Below, one piece after another: positions 1 through 10,298 of a stretch of DNA of 64,000 nt (the stretch's first letter is position 1; every line of letters begins with the position of its first letter). A program made the translations under genes and the position numbers. This stretch comes from Auanema rhodensis (taxonomy: Eukaryota > Animalia > Nematoda): assembly GCA_964057225.1 (NCBI GenBank), contig OZ059900.1, positions 3,286,001 to 3,350,000 of the forward strand. The letters are read 5' to 3'. The notes beneath the pieces are model-generated. The model was not told the DNA's origin. It saw only the letters and a program-made list of their open reading frames with translations, and ran no database searches.

Positions 1-3000
1 TTGTGTATTGTGTGTTTGATTCTCAAATCTTAACGAATATGATCAAAATTTACGAGTATTACAGATTTTGTACCAAAAATCGGTGAGTATATGGTGTTAA
101 AGGCATAAAAACGACCATACTTAGTGTAGTAATGCTATTTGAGCGAAATTTAGTGATTTAAACATCATTAGTGTTTAATTAATGACTTTTGTTGTCATAG
201 ACAATAAAACTATGCTTTTGATCATATATATGAGCGATTTAGCCAAATTGGACTCAAAACTCGGACATTTCCAAAATTCTTACTATTTTCGACCTTTTTT
301 GATCAAAATGAATATATATCAGTGCAAACTCATAAAAATAGACTGATTTTGTGTATTGTGTGTTTGATTCTCAAATCTTAACAAATATGATCAAAATTTA
401 CAAGTATTACAGATTTTGTACCAAAAATCGGTGAGTATATGGTGTTAAAGGCATAAAAACGACCATACTTAGTGTAGTAATGCTATTTGAGCGAAATTCA
501 GTATTTGAACATCACTAGCGTTTAATTGATGACTTTTGTTGTTATAGACAATAAAACTATGCTTTTGATCATATATATGAGCGATTTAGCCAAATTGGAC
601 TCAAAACTCGGACATTTCCAAAATTCTTTCTATTTTCAACCTTTTTTGATCAAAATGAATATATATCAGTGCAAGCTCATAAAAATAGACTGATTTCGTG
701 TATTGTATGTTTGATTCTCGAATCTTAACGAATATGATCAAAATTTACGAGTATTACAGATTTTGTACCAAAAATCGGTGAGTATATGGTGTTAAAGGCA
801 TAAAAACGACCATACTTAGTGTAGTAATGCTATTTGAGCGAAATTCAGTATTTAAACATCACTAGCGTTTAATTGATGACTTTTGTTATCATAGACAATA
901 AAACTTTGCTTCTGATCATATATATGAGCGATTTAGCCAAATTAGACTCAAAACTCGGAAATTTCAAAAATTCTTTCTATTTTCGACCTTTTTTGATCAA
1001 AATGAATATATATCAGTGCAAGCTCATGAAAATAGACTGATTTCGTGTATTGTATGTTTGATTCTCGAATCTTAACGAATATGATCAAAATTTACGAGTA
1101 TTACAGATTTTGTACCAAAAATCGGTGAGTATATGGTGTTAAAGGCATAAAAACGACCATACTTAGTGTAGTAATGCTATTTGAGCGAAATTCAGTATTT
1201 AAACATCACTAGCGTTTAATTGATGACTTTTGTTGTTATAGACAATAAAACTATGCTTTTGATCATATATATGAGCGATTTAGCCAAATTGGACTCAAAA
1301 CTCGGAAATTTCAAAAATTCTTTCTATTTTCGACCTTTTTTGATCAAAATGAATATATATCAGTGCAAGCTCATAAAAATAGACTGATTTTGTGTATTGT
1401 GTGTTTGATTCTCAAATCTTAACGAATATGATCAAAATTTACGAGTATTACAGATTTTGTACCAAAAATCGGGGAGTATATGGTGTTAAAGGCATAAAAA
1501 CGACCATACTTAGTGTAGTAATGCTATTTGAGCGAAATTCAGTATTTAAACATCACTAGTGTTTAATTGATGACTTTTGTTGTTATAGACAATAAAACTA
1601 TGCTTTTGATCATATATATGAGCGATTTAGCCAAATTGGACTCAAAACTCGGACATTTCCAAAATTCTTTCTATTTTCGACCTTTTTTGATCAAAATGAA
1701 TATATATCAGTGCAAGCTCATAAAAATAGACTGATTTCGTGTATTGTATGTTTGATTCTCGAATCTTAACGAATATGATCAAAATTTACGAGTATTACAG
1801 ATTTTGTACCAAAAATCGGTGAGTATATGGTGTTAAAGGCATAAAAACGACCATACTTAGTGTAGTAATGCTATTTGAGCGAAATTCAGTATTTAAACAT
1901 CACTAGCGTTTAATTGATGACTTTTGTTGTTATAGACAATAAAACTATGCTTTTGATCATATATATGAGCGATTTAGCCAAATTGGACTCAAAACTCGGA
2001 AATTTCAAAAATTCTTTCTATTTTCGACCTTTTTTGATCAAAATGAATATATATCAGTGCAAGCTCATAAAAATAGACTGATTTTGTGTATTGTGTGTTT
2101 GATTCTCAAATCTTAACGAATATGATCAAAATTTACGAGTATTACAGATTTTGTACCAAAAATCGGGGAGTATATGGTGTTAAAGGCATAAAAACGACCA
2201 TACTTAGTGTAGTAATGCTATTTGAGCGAAATTCAGTATTTAAACATCACTAGTGTTTAATTGATGACTTTTGTTGTTATAGACAATAAAACTATGCTTT
2301 TGATCATATATATGAGCGATTTAGCCAAATTGGACTCAAAACTCGGACATTTCCAAAATTCTTTCTATTTTCGACCTTTTTTGATCAAAATGAATATATA
2401 TCAGTGCAAGCTCATAAAAATAGACTGATTTCGTGTATTGTATGTTTGATTCTCGAATCTTAACGAATATGATCAAAATTTACGAGTATTACAGATTTTG
2501 TACCAAAAATCGGTGAGTATATGGTGTTAAAGGCATAAAAACGACCATACTTAGTGTAGTAATGCTATTTGAGCGAAATTCAGTATTTAAACATCACTAG
2601 CGTTTAATTGATGACTTTTGTTATCATAGACAATAAAACTTTGCTTCTGATCATATATATGAGCGATTTAGCCAAATTAGACTCAAAACTCGGAAATTTC
2701 AAAAATTCTTTCTATTTTCGACCTTTTTTGATCAAAATGAATATATATATCAGTGCAAGCTCATAAAAATAGACTGATTTCGTGTATTGTATGTTTGATT
2801 CTCGAATCTTAACGAATATGATCAAAATTTACGAGTATTACAGATTTTGTACCAAAAATCGGTGAGTATATGGTGTTAAAGGCATAAAAACGACCATACT
2901 TAGTGTAGTAATGCTATTTGAGCGAAATTCAGTATTTAAACATCACTAGCGTTTAATTGATGACTTTTGTTGTTATAGACAATAAAACTATGCTTTTGAT

Positions 3001-6000
3001 CATATATATGAGCGATTTAGCCAAATTGGACTCAAAACTCGGAAATTTCAAAAATTCTTTCTATTTTCGACCTTTTTTGATCAAAATGAATATATATCAG
3101 TGCAAGCTCATAAAAATAGACTGATTTTGTGTATTGTGTGTTTGATTCTCAAATCTTAACGAATATGATCAAAATTTACGAGTATTACAGATTTTGTACC
3201 AAAAATCGGTGAGTATATGGTGTTAAAGGCATAAAAACGACCATACTTAGTGTAGTAATGCTATTTGAGCGAAATTTAGTGATTTAAACATCATTAGTGT
3301 TTAATTAATGACTTTTGTTGTCATAGACAATAAAACTATGCTTTTGATCATATATATGAGCGATTTAGCCAAATTGGACTCAAAACTCGGAAATTTCAAA
3401 AATTCTTTCTATTTTCGACCTTTTTTGATCAAAATGAATATATATCAGTGCAAGCTCATAAAAATAGACTGATTTCGTGTATTGTGTGTTTGATTCTCAA
3501 ATCTTAACGAATATGATCAAAATTTACGAGTATTACAGATTTTGTAATAAAAATCGGTGAGTATATGGTGTTAAAGGCATAAAAACGACCATACTTAGTG
3601 TAGTAATGCTATTTGAGCGAAAATCAGTATTTAAACATCACTAGCGTTTAATTGATGACTTTTGTTGTCATAGACAACAAAACTATGCTTTTGATCATAT
3701 ATATGAGCGATTTAGCCAAATTGGACTCAAAACTCGGACATTTCCAAAATTCTTTCTATTTTCGACCTTTTTTGATCAAAATGAATATATATCAGTGCAA
3801 GCTCATAAAAATAGACTGATTTTGTGTATTGTGTGTTTGATTCTCAAATCTTAACGAATATGATCAAAATTTACGAGTATTACAGATTTTGTACCAAAAA
3901 TCGGTGAGTATATGGTGTTAAAGGCATAAAAACGACCATACTTAGTGTAGTAATGCTATTTGAGCGAAAATCAGTATTTAAACATCACTAGCGTTTAATT
4001 GATGACTTTTGTTGTCATAGACAACAAAACTATGCTTCTGATCATATATATGAGCGATTTAGCCAAATTGGACTCAAAACTCGGACATTTCCAAAATTCT
4101 TTCTATTTTCGACCTTTTTTGATCAAAATGAATATATATCAGTGCAAGCTCATAAAAATAGACTGATTTTGTGTATTGTGTGTTTGATTCTCAAATCTTA
4201 ACGAATATGATCAAAATTTACGAGTATTACAGATTTTGTACCAAAAATCGGTGAGTATATGGTGTTAAAGGCATAAAAACGACCATACTTAGTGTAGTAA
4301 TGCTATTTGAGCGAAAATCAGTATTTAAACATCACTAGCGTTTAATTGATGACTTTTGTTGTCATAGACAACAAAACTATGCTTCTGATCATATATATGA
4401 GCGATTTAGCCAAATTAGACTCAAAACTCGGAAATTTCAAAAATTCTTTCTATTTTCGACCTTTTTTGATCAAAATGAATATATATCAGTGCAAGCTCAT
4501 AAAAATAGACTGATTTCGTGTATTGTATGTTTGATTCTCAAATCTTAACGAATATGATCAAAATTTACGAGTATTACAGATTTTGTACCAAAAATCGGTG
4601 AGTATATGGTGTTAAAGGCATAAAAACGACCATACTTAGTGTAGTTATGCTATTTGAGCGAAATTCAGTATTTAAACATCACTAGCGTTTAATTGATGAC
4701 TTTTGTTGTTATAGACAATAAAACTATGCTTTTGATCATATATATGAGCGATTTAGCAAAATTGGACTCAAAACTCGGACATTTCCAAAATTCTTTCTAT
4801 TTTCGACCTTTTTTGATCAAAATGAATATATATCAGTGCAAACTCATAAAAATAGACTGATTTTGTGTATTGTGTGTTTGATTCTCAAATCTTAACGAAT
4901 ATGATCAAAATTTACGAGTATTACAGATTTTGTAATAAAAATCGGTGAGTATATGGTGTTAAAGGCATAAAAACGACCATACTTAGTGTAGTAATGCTAT
5001 TTGAGCGAAAATCAGTATTTAAACATCACTAGCGTTTAATTGATGACTTTTGTTGTCATAGACAACAAAACTATGCTTTTGATCATATATATGAGCGATT
5101 TAGCCAAATTGGACTCAAAACTCGGACATTTCCAAAATTCTTTCTATTTTCGACCTTTTTTGATCAAAATGAATATATATCAGTGCAAGCTCATAAAAAT
5201 AGACTGATTTTGTGTATTGTGTGTTTGATTCTCAAATCTTAACGAATATGATCAAAATTTACGAGTATTACAGATTTTGTACCAAAAATCGGTGAGTATA
5301 TGGTGTTAAAGGCATAAAAACGACCATACTTAGTGTAGTAATGCTATTTGAGCGAAAATCAGTATTTAAACATCACTAGCGTTTAATTGATGACTTTTGT
5401 TGTCATAGACAACAAAACTATGCTTCTGATCATATATATGAGCGATTTAGCCAAATTGGACTCAAAACTCGGACATTTCCAAAATTCTTTCTATTTTCGA
5501 CCTTTTTTGATCAAAATGAATATATATCAGTGCAAGCTCATAAAAATAGACTGATTTCGTGTATTGTATGTTTGATTCTCAAATCTTAACGAATATGATC
5601 AAAATTTACGAGTATTACAGATTTTGTACCAAAAATCGGTGAGTATATGGTGTTAAAGGCATAAAAACGACCATACTTAGTGTAGTTATGCTATTTGAGC
5701 GAAATTCAGTATTTAAACATCACTAGCGTTTAATTGATGACTTTTGTTGTTATAGACAATAAAACTATGCTTTTGATCATATATATGAGCGATTTAGCAA
5801 AATTGGACTCAAAACTCGGACATTTCCAAAATTCTTTCTATTTTCGACCTTTTTTGATCAAAATGAATATATATCAGTGCAAACTCATAAAAATAGACTG
5901 ATTTTGTGTATTGTGTGTTTGATTCTCAAATCTTAACGAATATGATCAAAATTTACGAGTATTACAGATTTTGTAATAAAAATCGGTGAGTATATGGTGT

Positions 6001-8995
6001 TAAAGGCATAAAAACGACCATACTTAGTGTAGTAATGCTATTTGAGCGAAAATCAGTATTTAAACATCACTAGCGTTTAATTGATGACTTTTGTTGTCAT
6101 AGACAACAAAACTATGCTTTTGATCATATATATGAGCGATTTAGCCAAATTGGACTCAAAACTCGGACATTTCCAAAATTCTTTCTATTTTCGACCTTTT
6201 TTGATCAAAATGAATATATATCAGTGCAAGCTCATAAAAATAGACTGATTTTGTGTATTGTGTGTTTGATTCTCAAATCTTAACGAATATGATCAAAATT
6301 TACGAGTATTACAGATTTTGTACCAAAAATCGGTGAGTATATGGTGTTAAAGGCATAAAAACGACCATACTTAGTGTAGTAATGCTATTTGAGCGAAAAT
6401 CAGTATTTAAACATCACTAGCGTTTAATTGATGACTTTTGTTGTCATAGACAACAAAACTATGCTTCTGATCATATATATGAGCGATTTAGCCAAATTGG
6501 ACTCAAAACTCGGACATTTCCAAAATTCTTTCTATTTTCGACCTTTTTTGATCAAAATGAATATATATCAGTGCAAGCTCATAAAAATAGACTGATTTTG
6601 TGTATTGTGTGTTTGATTCTCAAATCTTAACGAATATGATCAAAATTTACGAGTATTACAGATTTTGTACCAAAAATCGGTGAGTATATGGTGTTAAAGG
6701 CATAAAAACGACCATACTTAGTGTAGTAATGCTATTTGAGCGAAAATCAGTATTTAAACATCACTAGCGTTTAATTGATGACTTTTGTTGTCATAGACAA
6801 CAAAACTATGCTTCTGATCATATATATGAGCGATTTAGCCAAATTAGACTCAAAACTCGGAAATTTCAAAAATTCTTTCTATTTTCGACCTTTTTTGATC
6901 AAAATGAATATATATCAGTGCAAGCTCATAAAAATAGACTGATTTCGTGTATTGTATGTTTGATTCTCAAATCTTAACGAATATGATCAAAATTTACGAG
7001 TATTACAGATTTTGTACCAAAAATCGGTGAGTATATGGTGTTAAAGGCATAAAAACGACCATACTTAGTGTAGTTATGCTATTTGAGCGAAATTCAGTAT
7101 TTAAACATCACTAGCGTTTAATTGATGACTTTTGTTGTTATAGACAATAAAACTATGCTTTTGATCATATATATGAGCGATTTAGCAAAATTGGACTCAA
7201 AACTCGGACATTTCCAAAATTCTTTCTATTTTCGACCTTTTTTGATCAAAATGAATATATATCAGTGCAAACTCATAAAAATAGACTGATTTTGTGTATT
7301 GTGTGTTTGATTCTCAAATCTTAACAAATATGATCAAAATTTACAAGTATTACAGATTTTGTACCAAAAATCGGTGAGTATATGGTGTTAAAGGCATAAA
7401 AACGACCATACTTAGTGTAGTAATGCTATTTGAGCGAAATTCAGTATTAAAACATCACTAGCGTTTAATTGATGACTTTTGTTGTTATAGACAATAAAAC
7501 TATGCTTTTGATCATATATATGAGCGATTTAGCCAAATTGGACTCAAAACTCGGTAATTTCAAAAATTCTTTCTATTTTCGACCTTTTTTGATCAAAATG
7601 AATATATATCAGTGCAAGCTCATTAAAATAGACTGATTTTGTGTATTGTGTGTTTGATTCTCAAATCTTAACGAATATGATCAAAATTTACGAGTATTAC
7701 AGATTTTGTACCAAAAATCGGTGAGTATATGGTGTTAAAGGCATAAAAACGACCATACTTAGTGTAGTTATGCTATTTGAGCGAAATTCAGTATTTAAAC
7801 ATCACTAGCGTTTAATTGATGACTTTTGTTGTTATAGACAATAAAACTATGCTTTTGATCATATATATGAGCGATTTAGCCAAATTGGACTCAAAACTCG
7901 GAAATTTCAAAAATTCTTTCTATTTTCAACCTTTTTTGATCAAAATGAATATATATCAGTGCAAGCTCATAAAAATAGACTGATTTTGTGTATTGTGTGT
8001 TTGATTCTCAAATCTTAACGAATTTGATCAAAATTTACGAGTATTACAGATTTTGTACCAAAAATCGGTGAGTATATGGTGTTAAAGGCATAAAAACGAC
8101 CATACTTAGTGTAGTAATGCTATTTGAGCGAAATTTAGTGATTTAAACATCATTATTGTTTAATTAATGACTTTTGTTGTTATAGACAATAAAACTATGC
8201 TTTTGATCATATATATGAGCGATTTAGCCAAATTGGACTCAAAACTCGGAAATTTCCAAAATTCTTTCTATTTTCGACCTTTTTTGATCAAAAGGAATAT
8301 ATATCAGTGCAAGCTCATAAAAATAGACTGATTTTGTGTATTGTGTGTTTGATTCTCAAATCTTAACGAATATGATCAAAATTTACGAGTATTACAGATT
8401 TTGTACCAAAAATCGGTGAGTATATGGTGTTAAAGGCATAAAAACGACCATACTTAGTGTAGTAATGCTATTTGAGCGAAAATCAGTATTTAAACATCAC
8501 TAGCGTTTAATTGATGACTTTTGTTGTCATAGACAACAAAACTATGCTTCTGATCATATATATGAGCGATTTAGCCAAATTGGACTCAAAACTCGGACAT
8601 TTCCAAAATTCTTTCTATTTTCGACCTTTTTTGATCAAAATGAATATATATCAGTGCAAGCTCATAAAAATAGACTGATTTTGTGTATTGTGTGTTTGAT
8701 TCTCAAATCTTAACGAATATGATCAAAATTTACGAGTATTACAGATTTTGTACCAAAAATCGGTGAGTATATGGTGTTAAAGGCATAAAAACGACCATAC
8801 TTAGTGTAGTAATGCTATTTGAGCGAAAATCAGTATTTAAACATCACTAGCGTTTAATTGATGACTTTTGTTGTCATAGACAACAAAACTATGCTTCTGA
8901 TCATATATATGAGCGATTTAGCCAAATTAGACTCAAAACTCGGAAATTTCAAAAATTCTTTCTATTTTCGACCTTTTTTGATCAAAATGAATATA
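1..8995 (+). repeat. Satellite DNA array, 347/348-bp monomer, left of the transposon (~26 monomers; runs off the window start)
   Basis: The unit start TTGTGTATTG/TCGTGTATTG recurs at 1, 349 and 696 (periods 348, 347) and continues head-to-tail. ~29% GC counted over the first monomer. The length difference comes from a 1-bp indel (TCAGT-ATTT vs TTAGTGATTT). Confidence 0.99.
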
Positions 8996-9021
8996 CAGGG
9001 TGGCCCATAAGTATTGAGACA
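8996..9021 (+). repeat. Left terminal inverted repeat (CAGGGTGGCCCATAAGTATTGAGACA)
   Basis: Exact reverse complement of 10273-10298. An imperfect ATTCAAA extension lies just inside both ends. Confidence 0.97.
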
Positions 9022-9090
9022 AAATTCAAATAATTTTTTTAAAAAAAAAACTAGGTCAAAAAAACATGTTCACAAAACTTTTAGGCTCGG

Positions 9091-9099
9091 GTATATAAG
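9091..9099 (+). promoter_or_regulatory. Putative TATA box of the transposase gene (GTATATAAG)
   Basis: TATATAA at 9092-9098, ~55 bp upstream of the ATG inside the element 5' region. Motif and position only; no expression data. Confidence 0.5.
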
Positions 9100-9150
9100 G
9101 AGACTTTTTGAGCACATTGACAGCTTTTGTGATTATATTTAGAAAAAGTT

Positions 9151-10191
9151 ATGAAGCCTTCAGTACATCGTGCCTCCATCGTTCATCTTTTCGAACAGGG
9201 ACTCAAGCCGATGGAAATTGTTAGAAGTCTCCAAATACCACGAAGCTCTGTTTACAGAGTTTTAAAACAGTTTAGAGATCAAGGTCACATTGAGGTTAAA
9301 TCAAAACCTGGAAGACCCAGAACAGTGAATACTCCGCGTACACGAAAAGCTATCAGATGCAGAATAGCTAGGAACGATAGTGTAAGCCTGAATAAAATTG
9401 CTTCACAGATGGAATTATCTCGATCAACGGTTCAGCGGATCGTAAAAAACGATTTAGGTTTTCATTCTTATCGTATTCTAAGAGGACACAGGCTGACAGA
9501 ACAAATGAAGAAAAATCGACTTGAAAAATGTAATGTTTTACTTCAGAATTTAGAGGGGGCTCGCATCGATGCCGTTTTATGGACAGACGAGAAGATTTTT
9601 ACTGTGGAGCCCAAGCCCAATCGACAGAACAGCCGTCAATTGCTCCACACTGGAGAAAAGTACTCTGCTAAAAGGAGGATAGCAGAAAGAAGCCATTACC
9701 CACAGAGCATAATGGTGTGGGGAGGAATAACATCGACAGGGAAAACACCACTCGTCTTTGTCGAAAAAGGATGCAAGATCAACGCAAAATACTATCAGGA
9801 GAAGATTCTACAAGAAGTGGTTTTACCGTGGACCCAAGAGCAACATTCAGACAGTAGCATCACCCTTCAGCAAGATTGGGCACCAGCCCATGGTGCAAAA
9901 AGCACAATTGAGCTCTGTTCGAGGATTTTACCAGGATTCTGGGGCAAAGATATCTGGCCCAGCAATTCGCCAGATCTGAACCCTATGGATTTTTCAGTAT
10001 GGAGTGTGTTGGAACACAAATTATCAGCTAAGTCCTCCCAAAATTTGGAAACTCTCAAACGTGATTTGAAGAAAGCATGGGACTCTCTAGACGAGGAATA
10101 CCTGCGAGCCACGGTACACTCAGTGCGAACAAGACTCGAAGCCTGTAAGAAAGCAAAAGGAGGACATTTTGAGCAATTTCTTGATAAATAG
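9151..10191 (+). CDS. DD37D (maT-type) Tc1/mariner transposase, 346 aa, intronless and intact
   Basis: N-terminal paired-like double HTH with GRPR linker (aa 54-57). Catalytic motifs WTDEKIF (D146), QQDWAPAH (D242) and SPDLNPMD (D280), with 37 residues between the 2nd and 3rd Asp. Also MVWGGI and a C-terminal GGHFE. No stops or frameshifts. Confidence 0.97.
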   Translation: MKPSVHRASIVHLFEQGLKPMEIVRSLQIPRSSVYRVLKQFRDQGHIEVKSKPGRPRTVNTPRTRKAIRCRIARNDSVSLNKIASQMELSRSTVQRIVKNDLGFHSYRILRGHRLTEQMKKNRLEKCNVLLQNLEGARIDAVLWTDEKIFTVEPKPNRQNSRQLLHTGEKYSAKRRIAERSHYPQSIMVWGGITSTGKTPLVFVEKGCKINAKYYQEKILQEVVLPWTQEQHSDSSITLQQDWAPAHGAKSTIELCSRILPGFWGKDIWPSNSPDLNPMDFSVWSVLEHKLSAKSSQNLETLKRDLKKAWDSLDEEYLRATVHSVRTRLEACKKAKGGHFEQFLDK

Positions 10192-10272
10192 TTGAACAAA
10201 TGAACAATGTACATTACTAGTAAATTATTTAGGATTTGGTTATTTTTTGTTTCATTTATGACTTTTTGAATG

Positions 10273-10298
10273 TGTCTCAATACTTATGGGCCACCCTG
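10273..10298 (-). repeat. Right terminal inverted repeat (TGTCTCAATACTTATGGGCCACCCTG)
   Basis: 26/26 match to the left TIR, followed directly by the TA duplication at 10299-10300. Confidence 0.97.

Larger units (their letters stand above)
8996..10298 (+). mobile_element. Full-length Tc1/mariner (IS630-Tc1-mariner) DNA transposon, DD37D/maT family, 1,303 bp
   Basis: Perfect 26-bp TIRs, flanking TA at 8994-8995 and 10299-10300, and one transposase ORF. The satellite resumes in register after the element: empty sites read ATGAATATATATCAG, the filled site reads ATGAATATA[element]TATATCAG, i.e. +TA. Confidence 0.98.

Noticed and set aside
81-154. Splice-donor-like GGTGAGT with a downstream TTCAG/TTTAG acceptor in each monomer
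   Set aside because: An in-frame stop lies between the acceptor and the monomer ORF; short motifs are expected by chance and there is no transcript evidence.
173-181. GTTTAATTA resembling the start of the nematode SL1 leader
   Set aside because: Only 9 AT-rich bases match; the rest of the leader, the adjacent splice donor and the Sm site are missing.
9758-9979. 73-aa alternative-frame ORF inside the transposase
   Set aside because: Non-ATG start, fully overlaps the transposase, no recognisable motif.
9867-10280. 137-aa antisense ORF over the transposase 3' half
   Set aside because: Shadow ORF of an open coding strand, starting within the TIR at a non-ATG codon; no protein features.
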